In this document: positions 30,063 through 43,100 of the stretch, in pieces | How positions within the stretch are numbered: the stretch's first letter is position 1 | Layout of the letters: the number at the start of each line of letters is the position of its first letter | Origin: TPA_inf: Saccharomyces | Taxonomy: Eukaryota | DNA: 64,000 nucleotides | Direction of reading: 5' to 3' | Assembly (NCBI GenBank): GCA_000146045.2 | Contig: BK006946.2 | Coordinates: 640,001 to 704,000, forward strand | Notes under the pieces: generated by a model | Told to the model about the DNA's origin: nothing | The model's database searches: none | The model's input: the letters and a program-made list of their open reading frames with translations, nothing else | Translations under genes and position numbers: made by a program

Positions 30063-31325
30063 TCAAAGGTCGCCAAGACCAGATATGGATCTCCTCTGAA
30101 ATCTTCTATGCCTGTCCTGCAGATACGGGGGAGAGTCGATAAAAGGGTATGAACTATATCTTTTGTTTTGCTGTTTCGAATGAATACTTGGGGCTGCTAT
30201 TGGAATATTCAGTACAGGAGCGGTTCGTCTGATAGCATTTTTGAAAGCTTCATTTATGGAGATTGACACGGCATCGGTAGGGTCGCTCGGATAGAGAAAG
30301 CTTGCATTTAGATTAGAGCAAGTGTTCGATATCACGGAGAAGCTATTATCTGTACATCCTTGTTCGTATTCTTCATCCAGCAAGTAATTAAGGTCGTCAT
30401 CATCATAATTATCATCATCATCATCGTTATCATCATCATTATTAATTATTTCAGTATTGGGGGGCTCTATGTCCGAAGTAGGCGGCAGTTTGAATTTATC
30501 GCTCAAAGACTCATTATTCCCAATAGTAGCTCCTTCATTAATATGCGAAAATTGGCAAATTTTGCTAATGACGTTTTCAAAAGCTTTCACACTATTTTCC
30601 AACTCTGATTGGGATTGACTAATCAAAGGTAGAAATTCGATTTCCCAGTACCGTTCCGGATTATAAAAGCTAATAAAGTATTTGAAACCTGCGCCATTTA
30701 GCCTTGTTATTTGTAGTTTGGGTAGTACTGGATGCACAATATCACCATGTCGTCCTATCGATAAATAGTTTACTACATGCCCATCATGACTACTAGCTTT
30801 ACTAGATTTTTGAAAGGGCGCTATATTTTCCTTTAACTTATCAAACCCTGTACATATCTGATATATTTCAATAGGTCCTTTTGCCATTAAAGATGTAGGT
30901 TTTAACTTAATAGTGTTTTGACTGTCTTGACTTTGCGTATCATTGAAGAATACTCCACTACTTTCAGTGACATTATTTGCGGATACTTGGGAATTTCTAC
31001 GAATGCAACTGCTATTCGGAATATCATTATGAATGGGAACGAATGAATTCATAACCTGAACATTGCCATAGGTAAACAATGAAAATCTCTGAGTTGATAT
31101 TCTTTTCCTTTGTGTTCCGGTTTTCTTCGAGGACGTGCCATTTTTTTTGGCTTTAACAGATTTATTTGTATCGTTTGAGTGTTGGGTCGAATCCTGTTTC
31201 AACTTTTTATTGTTGCTAAGTTTAAGTGACTGTTTTAAAGTTTGAAACGTAGATTGAGGTTTCTTTTCTTGTTTTGCCGTTAATCTCACGCTATTTTTCT
31301 TTGTTTCTCCCCTTGATAAAACCAT
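30063..31325 (-). CDS. INP1: Peroxisome inheritance protein Inp1, 420 aa
   Basis: ATG 31325..31323 verified. 420 aa. An internal acidic tract NNDDDNDDDDDNYDDDD is encoded by GAT/GAC repeats at about 30390..30440. Confidence 0.88.
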   Translation of the reverse strand: MVLSRGETKKNSVRLTAKQEKKPQSTFQTLKQSLKLSNNKKLKQDSTQHSNDTNKSVKAKKNGTSSKKTGTQRKRISTQRFSLFTYGNVQVMNSFVPIHNDIPNSSCIRRNSQVSANNVTESSGVFFNDTQSQDSQNTIKLKPTSLMAKGPIEIYQICTGFDKLKENIAPFQKSSKASSHDGHVVNYLSIGRHGDIVHPVLPKLQITRLNGAGFKYFISFYNPERYWEIEFLPLISQSQSELENSVKAFENVISKICQFSHINEGATIGNNESLSDKFKLPPTSDIEPPNTEIINNDDDNDDDDDNYDDDDLNYLLDEEYEQGCTDNSFSVISNTCSNLNASFLYPSDPTDAVSISINEAFKNAIRRTAPVLNIPIAAPSIHSKQQNKRYSSYPFIDSPPYLQDRHRRFQRRSISGLGDL

Positions 31326-31886
31326 ACCACTTTGTTTAATTTCCTGAGAGTTATCAGACGAAAAATGTAGACCTTGTATCCTTCATAGGTGAAGGAATAC
31401 TTCCTCCGTAATAAGGTAATTTAAAGTTCATAGTTCATTCACTCTTTTTGTTTACATCTCCGTTCTTCGTGATAAGTTCATAGATAATAAGAGAACAAAG
31501 TATTTAACGCACATGTATAAATATTGTATTAAAAGGGTACCTTTATAAATATGAGATCCGAGGGACGTTTATTGGAATTATCTTTTAAATCGTCTATATC
31601 ACATATTCCAGTATACATAAGTTTTAATTTTAGAAAACGTTTAAATAAACAAAGAGAAAAAAAATAAGACACAAAAAATAACAGTATCTTTATTCTTGAC
31701 ATTCATAAAAATGCATGATAATATTGGTTTCATGGGGTAGTACTTGTATTATTAAAAGAAAGGAACAAAAAATTCATTGTTCAAAAGCTTAGAGATAAAA
31801 AAAAAGAATTATAGACACAAAAGAAAAACATGGGTTAACATTAATTGACATTAATAATAGAAAGTGTAATAAAAGGTCATTTTCTT

Positions 31887-34766
31887 TTAATCAACTCTCT
31901 TTCTTCCAACCAAATGGTCAGCAATGAGTCTGGTAGCTTGCCAGTGAATGACCTTTGGCATTCTCATGGAAACTTCAGTTTCATAGTCATACAATTGTCT
32001 AATGGAGTTGTAAACGACATGTGAACCCTTAACACCAACGACAGCAGCAGTGTCAGAAATGGTCTTGTCATCAGCGTTGAAGTTTTCTTCGGCAGCACGA
32101 GCTTCAGCAATGGCAGCTTGGTTGTCTTTGATGAAGCCGACAGCTTTAATGGCCATTCTAGTGGCTCTTGTTCTATCAATTGGAGATGGCAAACCACCTT
32201 GTTGTACATGACCTGGATAAGCTGGCTTAGCGTCAAATCTGCCATCGGCTTCAGCAGTAATAACTTCAGCCAATTTAGTGGCTGATAAAGCCTTAGAAGC
32301 GTTTGTACTCTTCAAAATCAATTTACCAAATCTACCTCTACCTTCTGCCTTTTCAAAAGATTGAGCTAAGTATTCAATATCCTCGGACAATTGCTCCAAA
32401 GAAATACCTTCTTCTGGGACATAAGAGACTTGAGCACCAACAGCCAAAGAAGCGTAAGTGGCCAAATAGCCTGAGTTACCACCTTGACAATCGACAACGA
32501 AGGCTCTACCTCTGGTTGAAGAAGCGGATTGTTTAACAACATCACAGTATTCCATTAGAGCATTCAAAGCGGTATCAGAACCCAAAGAGTATTCAGTACC
32601 TGGAACATTGTTAGACAAAGTAGCTGGTATCAAGACCATTGGGATTCTGAAAGCTGGATAACTTTCTCTTGCTCTCTCTAATTGATGTAAAGATTCAAAA
32701 GCTTCGAAACCACCAACGATGATCAAACCATCAAATTCGTACTTTTGGAAATAGTAAGCAATCATACCTAGATCTGCTTCTTCTGGAGTGACTCTGTTAG
32801 TACCGATTTCAGAACCACCACGGGATTGCCAACCCAACATATCCTTCCAGTTCAAAGAACGAACACTTTCATGTCTTGCCAAACCAGACCAACCATTGTA
32901 GATAGCGTATGGTCTGTGACCTTGGGACATACAGTAAGTAGCCATCGAGTAGACGGCAGAGTTGATACCACCAGCTGGAGCACCGACATTAACAATGGCA
33001 ATCTTCAGTCTCTTGTCCTTTGGTAGCTTTGGTTCGTTGTGGTCAGCAGAGTTGATAGCCATGAAATTGTTTAAATGTTCAATGAACTCAGTGTCTCTTA
33101 AAGACATAGCTCTCTTGAAATCCTTAGCTTGAATGGCTTCTGCAACTGCTTTGGTCAACTTGACGGATTCCATTAATGGTTTACGAACAATTTTGTTTTC
33201 GTTAACAGCAATCAATGGTGATGGGGTGTCTGGAGTGGATTCCAAAACGGCATTAACGGCCTCAAGACCTTGTAAAGTAGCCAAGATACGGTCGTAAGCA
33301 ACAGCAGTACCACCTCTTTGAACGTGACCTAAGGTAGTAATTCTTGTATCCAAACCTAATCTGTCAACTAGAACTTTGTGGACGTCGCTTGGAGAAATTG
33401 GGGTCAAGTCAGCAGCGATAGCACCTTCTGCAACAACAACAATGGTGGTTCTCTTACCCCTTGATCTGTGCTTGGAGACAATGTCACACATTTGATCTTG
33501 CCATTCGCTGGAAGTGGCTGGCTTCTCTGGAATAAAGATATAGTCAGCGGAAGTGGCGATACCAGCTAATAAAGCTAACCAACCACAGTTTCTACCCATA
33601 ACTTCAACAACGAAAGCTCTTGAGTGAGAGTTGGCAGTGGCTTCAACGTAATCGATGGCCTTACAGATTCTGTCCAAGGCAGAGTAAGCACCAATAGTAG
33701 CATCCGTGGTGGACATATCGTTATCAATAGAACCGACAGTACCGCAAATATTCAAATGCTTCATTCTTTCGTATTGTTCGTTGGAAATTCTGTTTGTTTT
33801 CAACAATTCCTCGATCAAAGAAGGCCATTCTGATCTAAACAGATCAGCACCAGTCAAAGAACCGTCACCACCACAAACGATCAAAGCATCGACACCGGCC
33901 TCAATCAAATGTTGGGCACCCAATAATCTACCTTCGCGCTTCTTGAATTCCATACAACGGGCAGTACCAATGTTGGTACCACCTTCAGCAGACCAACCAC
34001 GGACGTCTTCCCAGTGGAATTCCTTGATGTATTCTGGACCACCACGAACCAAACCTTCATAACCTTCCATGACAACAAAGGCACGACAACCTTTGAAGAT
34101 AGCGGAACGCACGATGGCTCTAACGTTAGAGTTCATACCTGGAGCATCACCACCGGAAGTCATGACGGCAATTGCCTTTTGAGGCCTGTTCAATGGCTTT
34201 GGCAGAGATGGATAGGTGTCGGTGGTTTTCATACGGTAAGCCAAATCAGTGTAAGAGTGAACTTTAGAGGAAAGACCAGACTCAGCAGAAGCTTCTGGTG
34301 CTGGTGGTGGAGTTGGCTTGGTTGAAACTGCGTTCTTAGTAGAAGTAACACCAACAACGTTACCTAATGGGTCCAAAGTGTACAACTGCATTGGAAATAG
34401 TTCTGTTGGGTAGCCTTGAAGAGGAGCGTTCATAGCATTTAGAGTGTCCTTGACTGCCAAGATGTCGGAAGTGTTAAATACCAAGGATTGGGTGGCATGT
34501 GATCTCCAGTCTTGAGTCTTGGTAATACTGTTCAATTCCTTCAAATGAGCCTCAACATTTTTATTGATTTTTTCATCAGGACGTAGAAGGATCTTCAAAG
34601 AGATGGAATCGTTAGACAATAAAGTGGAGTTTTCATCTGGAGAAGAGCGGTTTTCTAATGACAAAAACTTGGTGTAAAAATCTATGGCAGCTTTATAAGA
34701 TTGAACGGAATATGCAGTGACGGTACAATAAGAAGTACCATTCACAAAAGGAGTAGTAACAGTCAT
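31887..34766 (-). CDS. PFK2: 6-phosphofructokinase beta subunit, 959 aa
   Basis: ATG 34766..34764 verified. 959 aa. Tandemly duplicated PFK domains are visible (GGDGS...GTIDND-like motifs, IVCGGDGSLTGA, VGSIDNDM). Confidence 0.97.
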   Translation of the reverse strand: MTVTTPFVNGTSYCTVTAYSVQSYKAAIDFYTKFLSLENRSSPDENSTLLSNDSISLKILLRPDEKINKNVEAHLKELNSITKTQDWRSHATQSLVFNTSDILAVKDTLNAMNAPLQGYPTELFPMQLYTLDPLGNVVGVTSTKNAVSTKPTPPPAPEASAESGLSSKVHSYTDLAYRMKTTDTYPSLPKPLNRPQKAIAVMTSGGDAPGMNSNVRAIVRSAIFKGCRAFVVMEGYEGLVRGGPEYIKEFHWEDVRGWSAEGGTNIGTARCMEFKKREGRLLGAQHLIEAGVDALIVCGGDGSLTGADLFRSEWPSLIEELLKTNRISNEQYERMKHLNICGTVGSIDNDMSTTDATIGAYSALDRICKAIDYVEATANSHSRAFVVEVMGRNCGWLALLAGIATSADYIFIPEKPATSSEWQDQMCDIVSKHRSRGKRTTIVVVAEGAIAADLTPISPSDVHKVLVDRLGLDTRITTLGHVQRGGTAVAYDRILATLQGLEAVNAVLESTPDTPSPLIAVNENKIVRKPLMESVKLTKAVAEAIQAKDFKRAMSLRDTEFIEHLNNFMAINSADHNEPKLPKDKRLKIAIVNVGAPAGGINSAVYSMATYCMSQGHRPYAIYNGWSGLARHESVRSLNWKDMLGWQSRGGSEIGTNRVTPEEADLGMIAYYFQKYEFDGLIIVGGFEAFESLHQLERARESYPAFRIPMVLIPATLSNNVPGTEYSLGSDTALNALMEYCDVVKQSASSTRGRAFVVDCQGGNSGYLATYASLAVGAQVSYVPEEGISLEQLSEDIEYLAQSFEKAEGRGRFGKLILKSTNASKALSATKLAEVITAEADGRFDAKPAYPGHVQQGGLPSPIDRTRATRMAIKAVGFIKDNQAAIAEARAAEENFNADDKTISDTAAVVGVKGSHVVYNSIRQLYDYETEVSMRMPKVIHWQATRLIADHLVGRKRVD

Positions 34767-35895
34767 TGCGTATGGTTAGTTCTTGGCCAATGCTAAACTA
34801 GTCTCTAAATCTAGTTCTATTGTTCAAATGAGGTATAAGAAAGGCTTTTAAGCAAGAAGAAGGAAAAAAAAAAAAAAAAAGGAATTTTCTTCTTTATGAA
34901 ACCGAAGATAAGAAGCTTTTAATCAAGGAAGTAATAAATAAAGGACAAAAAGAAGAAAAAAATATTATTGTTTTATAAAATGCAAGTAGGAAAAATAAGA
35001 ATGAGAGCGGATAAAAAAAAGGCAGGAAAAAAAACAACAACATGAAGCGAGAGACTTCATTGCGATGTAATAAATGAATGGTAGATAAAGACCGGATGGA
35101 AAAAAAGGCCGATTTAACATGGCAAACAAAAGATTACATACGTACTGATCAAATTGATCAATTCAATATCTCTGTTTTCGTTTTTAACATTCAACTACCG
35201 TCATAGCGTTATACGTAGGAAAAAAAAACCGCAATCACGTAACCGTGGCTTCCACTAATCGGCTCTTGTGCCGTCAGATTCCGGATGTACGGGTGGACGC
35301 CATTTGGAACGAAAAAAAGAAATTGAAAAAAGTGGAAGCTAGAAATCACTGTCTTACCCTGGACGGTATCGTATATAATGACTCCGGTTTTTTTTTCTCT
35401 ACCCCCTTGCCTCTTACCCCGGATTTTACCCAACTTTATCTTAATCTTCGTTTTCCTTTTAGCGTGGAGATGGTAAACGCTAGCGGTAACGTTAACGTTG
35501 CAAAGGGGGTATGCGGGACTGGCTGAAACGGGCGATGATACGATGCAACAAAGCAGCAGAGAATGGCTATGAATAGTCTTTACACCCACAGTTTTTCGTG
35601 TGGCAGTTACTATATATTAGTAGGATATTCGATCTATATAGATGGTAGTACTTACAATGCTGTTCTTGGGTTTTTGCGGATCTTCTTTCTTTTTTGTAGT
35701 TTTATTTTATGTCTTACTTCTTATTTCCTTCTTACTTCCTCATTGGTTAAGGCTCACGTTGATTGCAATAACAAAGAAGTATATACTGTAGCATAGCTCT
35801 TCATATCATTTTTGCCGTGCATTCGAAGACTATATATATATATGCATATTGTCTGACCTTTCGCCTTAAAGTAAAGAAGACAACAGAATATAACC

Positions 35896-36837
35896 ATGCT
35901 GAGTAGCAGTAGCAATAGACCCATATCTGCCCATCTAACCATCCATTACAAGGCTATTCAGGAGGAAGAGGGGGAGGATATGAGAAGCGGTGCCGGAAGT
36001 GGTGGCCATCATGACGACTATTTTCTGGAGAGTAACAGATCTCCCACTCCTAATAAGAAACATGAGTTCATTAAAACGGTGCTCAATATCAACGATAACG
36101 ACTCTGAATTTTCGGAATCGTGCTCACCAAGAGAGAAGTTACATAACGAGGGGGCTTGTAATACAGACCTGTTCGGGGACTTCATGTCTAAAAGACAACA
36201 GAGGCTGTCTAATTCTATGAACATTTACGACCTTTATCAGTGTGTACATAACCTGTCGCCTAGCAACAACAACCATCAGTTCATAGCAAGAAGGTTCAGC
36301 GATTCTCATATTCCCTCCTTGCATCACCGCCAGCAGCAACAGAAGGTAACAACAAAAAACTTTGTACAGCCCACGAAGGACATTCAAAGGATCGCCTCGT
36401 ACGCTGCGGATTCAGACCAGAGAGTCAAGTATTTACCAAACTATCATCAGTCTGCTCCTTCTACTGCACTGTCTGCGGCTGAATCGAAAGCGGCTGTACC
36501 AAGAAAGCTCCCTGACAGAGACAGTACACAAAATTACGTACTAAAATTGCAACTCTCGTCACCCAACTCTCAACCAATGTCACCAAGGACTCGCCCGGGC
36601 TACCGCCCCTCTTGCTCTTCTTCCAATTGCTCGTCATCTTCCTCATCATCAGCATGTTCATCCGTTTCCATCTCAGATCCGAACAACATAACAGCATACG
36701 AAACGAATAATGTCAACCCTCAGTTCCCCAGTAACCAGCCATTAGATATTTCTAGTCCTTGTGCAAGGCATCACCATAGAAGAAATTCTATTGCTGTAAA
36801 ATTTGACAAGGCTTTATATAAGAAAACAACAGGATAG
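35896..36837 (+). CDS. Uncharacterised Ser/Asn-rich protein, 313 aa
   Basis: ATG 35896 verified. Low-complexity Ser-rich sequence with no recognisable domain. Position matches YMR206W. Confidence 0.75.
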   Translation: MLSSSSNRPISAHLTIHYKAIQEEEGEDMRSGAGSGGHHDDYFLESNRSPTPNKKHEFIKTVLNINDNDSEFSESCSPREKLHNEGACNTDLFGDFMSKRQQRLSNSMNIYDLYQCVHNLSPSNNNHQFIARRFSDSHIPSLHHRQQQQKVTTKNFVQPTKDIQRIASYAADSDQRVKYLPNYHQSAPSTALSAAESKAAVPRKLPDRDSTQNYVLKLQLSSPNSQPMSPRTRPGYRPSCSSSNCSSSSSSSACSSVSISDPNNITAYETNNVNPQFPSNQPLDISSPCARHHHRRNSIAVKFDKALYKKTTG

Positions 36838-37192
36838 TTGATTAGAAGACTATAGCTAAATAATCATTTCATTGGGAAATGACTATCACGATTTAACGAA
36901 TACCCCCTTTTCTCTTTCTTGCCATTTAATGGTCGTCGCTCTGATATTTGCACACATACGCTCACGTACATAGGTACACGCAGATGGGACAGGCGCATAA
37001 GTACGCGCTAATACATGTATTGATATAAGTTATGTTTTTATTTATCAAAATGATATTGTTGCATTTTTTTTTTTAAATCTCACGTTATTTTTCATTTATA
37101 TACATACACTTAAGAGAATGTCAGATTTTCTCTTTTCGGCCACCATTATGGTATCTAAGCGGCTATTTAACTTACTTGTTCCTATACCGAAA

Positions 37193-40100
37193 CTATCTCT
37201 TTCGCTTACTGTCCACCAACCTAGTTAGCTCTTCAAGGACAATGTTTCCCCTTCTGTCTTCAAATTTTTTCTTAAGCTCATCGATCAACAGCGAGATCTC
37301 AAACTCTTCAATGTTCTTGTCAATTTTTTTCGAATTTCTTTCTATGAACTCCACTACTGCTCTGTCATCATTAACATCCAGATCGTTATACCATGACTGA
37401 ACTATTTTCAACAGGTCGTCGTACTTCATTTTCGTTTTGTTATCACATGTTTTTTTTTGCAGTCTTTTGATCACTTGTCCCTCGTTCAACCTCCTTCTCA
37501 GTCTCCAATATAAAAATCTGCGTGACTTTTTCCATTCCAACTCATTTCGGATTACTCCTTTAACTAGCATCCTAGTCGATCTATCATGTAAATCTGCAAA
37601 CTGTATGCTGATTTGATTGTAAATTGGTATCAACTGTCTCTCTCTTATTTTCAATCTCTTCGTAAGATCATTTTGTTTTTCCAAAGATAACTTTTTTTCT
37701 GTCAACGTTCTTCTCAAATGTCCATATGTGGAGTCTAATCGAATCATCGTCTCTATCATTTTCTCCTTACGGTATTTTATGCTAACTACTCCGTCAGGTT
37801 CTAACACACCTCCCCTAGATTCAACATCGGCATACATTTCCATTTGTTCAGGATTAATAGTTGGATCTATAACAACCCATGATCCGCCCCTTAATTCACC
37901 AAAGGGCGGAATGTATATCAGTATGGGTTGTTTGTAGTCAACCAGAGCGTCAACAATAAAAGACCCGTACTTTAGTACTTCATTGTACATATCCCTTTGA
38001 CCGCCAGAAAATCCCCTCCAATTGGCTAAGATAATCAATGGTAATTGCTCACCATAGTTAAAATCATTTATAGTTTGAGCTGTTTTGAACGCGGAATTTG
38101 GATACCACACCTGTCCTGCTTCTTTAACGGAAAACTCTGAAGAATCCAGATTAGCTGGGTCAGCGGGGATTATTTCTTCGATAGTCTTAGTTTCTACCGC
38201 AATAACACCCACGGGAATACCTCCAAGACGTGCTCTTCCAACTATTACACCTTTGGCCCATCCAGATAATGTCTCAAAAAACGAATCCTTATCAAATAGG
38301 CCTGACTGGAAGTTGTTATTTGAGTCCCATTTACCCTCTATCAACCACCTTGCCTCATATGGCACTTGCTTGGCAGGTTTGAAGTCTACATCCCTATCCC
38401 ATCTATCCATAGTTTCAAGAAGTGGAGGACTCATATCTCTTTTCGCCGGGACATATGATAACCATGTCATTATTTTTTCGATGGCTTTCATATCATTACT
38501 GGCTGTTAAATGCGCTATTCCGTTTTTATACATGATTTGGGTTCCGCCAATTTGTAGGTTAGATGTATAGATATCGGTACCCAAAACTTTATTAATCGCC
38601 GATGCACCCGTCAGTATGATAGGCTTATCCTCCACCTGAATAGTACGTTGTCCTAGTCTGACCAGATAGGAACCTATACCAACGGACCGACAAGTAACAG
38701 CAGTAATAGTGAAAATGTCTCTATACGCTTTCGAAGTGGCACCAGCAATTAAACCCGAGCCCTGTAAACATTCAACACCTAAACCCTCTTCGAATCCGAC
38801 TATTGCTTTAATAATATATCTCTCTTCACCGTATACCATCTTGTGTTCAACAACAACCGAATTTCCTTTCCCAGAATCTTTCAGTAGCTGCATGTCTTTT
38901 GGAGCTAAGTATAAGTACTGGAAACCCTTTGTTGGATCAGAGGGGTCATTCCATGCTACACGAAATAGAGGGATCAGCTCTTCGGCTATACCCAATTTAG
39001 CTCCTGAATTCGCCGCCAAGTATATCCTCGGGATCCCTCTCTCTCTTGCATAATTTGTGACCCTATCAAAAAACAAATCTTCTCTCGGTCCAAAAGATCC
39101 AATATTGTAGGTAATATCATTAGAAATCACGATCATGTTACGCCCTTCAGGATATTCAGGTGTCTGAACCATAATCTCAAAAGCAACCATCCCTATATTA
39201 TTAAGGCCTGGCTCCCTGTTTACTTTTATTAAATTACCGTTTTGTTCTATCAATTCAACCCAACTAAAAAAACTGTCATTCAGCTTATGTTTTGGAAAAT
39301 ACCTTTTCCACTGTTGGATTGCAGCTTGATGAAACAGACCTGGGAAATCGTACACATATGTTGTACCCATGAATTGAGCTTTGTACCTTTTAGGTTGTAG
39401 CCAATCCTTGACCGAGTAAGGAAGAGAGAGAGATTTCTGGCTATAATGGCTCTGCTCACTACACGGTTCCAAAATCAGATTCCCATTTTTCCCTATCTTT
39501 TCGTAATATGTCTCAATTTTTACCACATACCCAGATTTATTAGAAATAAGTAATCTAAGCGGGGCTGGCTTCTTTGTTTCTAGGCACTCAACAGAGATGC
39601 AAATTTCTACATCTGTGATTCTTTCTTGAAACAATCTGGTTTCGTGAGTCTTTAGAATTGTACTCACAATTTCCTCGAGACGATGTACTGGTATGTTAAG
39701 AACTGTATTGAAACTTAAAAAAATATGATTCAAGTCTGAATTTGAGATGTCAACTGCTCCTAGATGTTCTAACATATAAACCACTTGAGCATTGATTTCC
39801 GCTTTCAAGTTTTCTTCGGTTGTTTTTTGATCATTATACATGAAGGAATTTATGATTTTCCTGACAAAGAACCTTTTATCTAGCGGCGTAAATTTGCTAA
39901 TACCTTCAAAAATGCGTATACTACTATCGTATGTAGGTAGTGATCTGATTTTATAGTTCGACATTTTTCCTAACTCTAACGGTGCTTCATAGGATGGATC
40001 CATATTTCTTATTTGAGAGATTTCATCGTACGTAGTTCCATCAAAGGAGTAAAATTTAACAGCGGGCGCATTCGCGGCGATAAATGCAAATGTAATACGA

Positions 40101-43100
40101 TTAACCTTGAGCTTGGATAGACCTCTCTCATTTTCATGAAGTTTAATTTTTAAAGTTTTAATTAGATCATTTTCACTTCTGTAACGAATAGGAGATAAAA
40201 TATTAACAATAAGAGAGTTCTCTCCGCTGGAAAGTCTTTCCTCAGGAATATGAATTTGTTCGTATACCTCGTCTAATGTCTTTTCCAGAGATTCAAGCGC
40301 ACGCATGTTGACAAGAAGACCAAAACTATTTGCTGAGCTCTTACCTGATGTTGAGGGAGGTTTAGAAAGTTTTGTAAACTCATCACTCTCACCATCAGAA
40401 TTGACTAAATAATTTCTTAATGAGCTGAATTGCCATGACATTAGTAAATCAGGCGCTCCTTTATGAATCTTAATACTTTTTAATTGATAATTGCCGTAGG
40501 CATACCTTGCATAAATTTCAGATGCTATACTGGAAAGAGCCGTATCTTGATGGCCAAAAAAAAAGAACAAATCCTGAAGTTGTATCAGATTTGAATGTAT
40601 TAAATTACCAAAATCCCTCATACAGGAATATATGTTCCTGCTGTGAATGTTTTCGGCACCAGTATCCTTTATGTGCAATTGCAGGAGAGTTTTAATATGC
40701 TCTTTTCTTTTCTTTATGGGAGGGAAAATCCCTCTGAGTAGCACTGATCTTGCCTTTACAGCAACCTCTTTAGCCCACTTAGATTCCAAACTTGCCAAAT
40801 CATGTATAACAGCCCTGAATTTTAAAGACATCTTAGAGGAATCCTGGCACAATGGCTCGTATTCATGCAATATTGCAGTTACTAACTTGTTCTTTGCGAC
40901 TACGTTAGCATGCGATAAACTTATGCACAAAATTTTTTTCAAGTTTGTAAGGTCTTTCCTCCGCAGATTTAGTAAGTTTCTTTCTTCATGTATATCATGA
41001 TTTTCAAAAATTTTCTCAACAGCATAGTACTTTTTAATCAACTTTAAAAAAATTTCACATTCGTGATTAGCTAAACCTTCGCTATACCTTTCACTAATTT
41101 TAAGAAGTGGCTGTAAGGCAACATAAACTACATGATCATTTGTATTTTCTTCCAAGTAGCGCTTCATTAATTTGTGCAGTTCCTTTGCAGGAAAAGAAAC
41201 AGATTTCTTGACTAGATTTCCCAGCCCCTCATTCAATTGCCTTGGTAGTCTATTGCGTACCGTAGAAATTTGGGAATCCCATTCTGAATAAGGAAGCCTA
41301 CCATCTCTCAATATTTTTATCAACTCTTTTAGAGTAGTTTCTATTCCAGAGTTTTCATGATATCCATTGAGAATATTTTCTAACCTATTTATTAAGACTC
41401 TGAGCTTATGGTTTGGTCGGCTACCCTCTATTAGCGGTGGACCTAAAACAGGTAATTCTCCGCGGTATAAAGACGATTCGTTAGCTTTGGACGGCGAATC
41501 CAAAGTCAATTTTGCGATGACATCACCAGCCTCAATTATGGAACCGGGCTGTCTTAGTAACTCAATTACACCATCACTTTTCGCTACTAGTGGCATCTGC
41601 ATTTTCATTATTTCTATTTCTGCATATTGCTGTCCAGCAAAAACGTGATCACCACTTCGGACCAAATATTTCACCAATTTCCCCGGAGTTGGAGAGATCA
41701 CTTGAGTGGGATTGAGTTCAGCTTCTAAAAATATGGTATTGGAGTCTATCGAAAGTCTTGTACCTCTGATATCGTCCTTCCAATAAACTGTATGGCATTT
41801 ACCGTCAACGGAGATCAACAAGCAGTCACTGGACAATTTTTGAACATTAACTTCACATTGAGACTTATTGATAGAAAGAATAAATTGTTCTTCAGATGAT
41901 TGAGCAACATTGAACAAGTATCTATTATTATCGAAAATGAAGTCAACAGGAAACTTCGTTTTAAGAAAATCTTTAGGTGGAACTTGGCCCCTCCGCAATA
42001 ATTCCAAATACTTATTCCTCACCTTTTCTGTGAAAACGTATGCTTTCATTGCGGCACCACAGATAATAGCGAGCGTTGGATCTAGTTTGCTATCGGAAGA
42101 TAAATTTTTCAAAATCAAATCATCTAACCAACCAGTCGATATGTTATTACTCTCAAAGTCCCGAGTTTCTAATAGCTCTATCAGGTACTCTATGGGGGTT
42201 TTGAATTCTCCTCGGATGGAAAAATCTTTTAGAGCTAAAACCATGTTTTGCTTTGCATCTTGCCTATCGTTTCCTACAGCAAAAATGTGCCCAAATTGGG
42301 AATCTGAAAATGAGTGAATAGCACCATTATTTCCTACTGAGAAGTAACCCCAAACATTGGAAGAAGAACGAAAATTGAGCTCATGTATTTTCCCAGTGGA
42401 GGGCTTGAAACCTTCATTAGGATCTTCTGAAGTGATCCTGCATGAAATACAATGGCCTTTTGGCGAGGGTCTCTTTAAATTTTTAAAATCAATATACGAA
42501 GTTCCCGTTGGATCTAAACCATAAAGTTTTCTGATATCACTTATCATGTGCATAGGAATGCCCATGGCGATTTGCAGTTGAGTGGCAGGAAGGTTTACGC
42601 CAGATATCATTTCTGTCGTTGGATGCTCTACTTGTAGTCTCGGATTCAGTTCTAAAAAGTAAAATTTATCATCTTTTGGTGAATATAAGTATTCGACAGT
42701 GCCCGCAGAAACATAACCTACCAATTCACCTAGACGAATTGCTGCGCGTTCCATCCTTTGAAACGTTTCAGGCTTGGTTATTGTCACTGGTGCCTCTTCT
42801 ATAATCTTTTGGTGCCGCCTTTGTATGGAACAGTCTCTCCCAAACAATGTAATGTTAGTGCCATATTGGTCAGCTAATAACTGTACCTCTAAGTGACGAG
42901 CATCAGTGACAACTTTCATAACAAACATAGGCGACCCAGGTGTCTCATTCACTGCTTGGCGATATAATGCAATAAAATCATCCTCATTATCTACTCGCCT
43001 AATGCCCTTACCTCCACCACCTTCGGATGCCTTAATCATTACAGGAAATCCTATTAATTTAGCCTTTTCTAAAGCATCTTCAGGTGAGGAACAACATCCC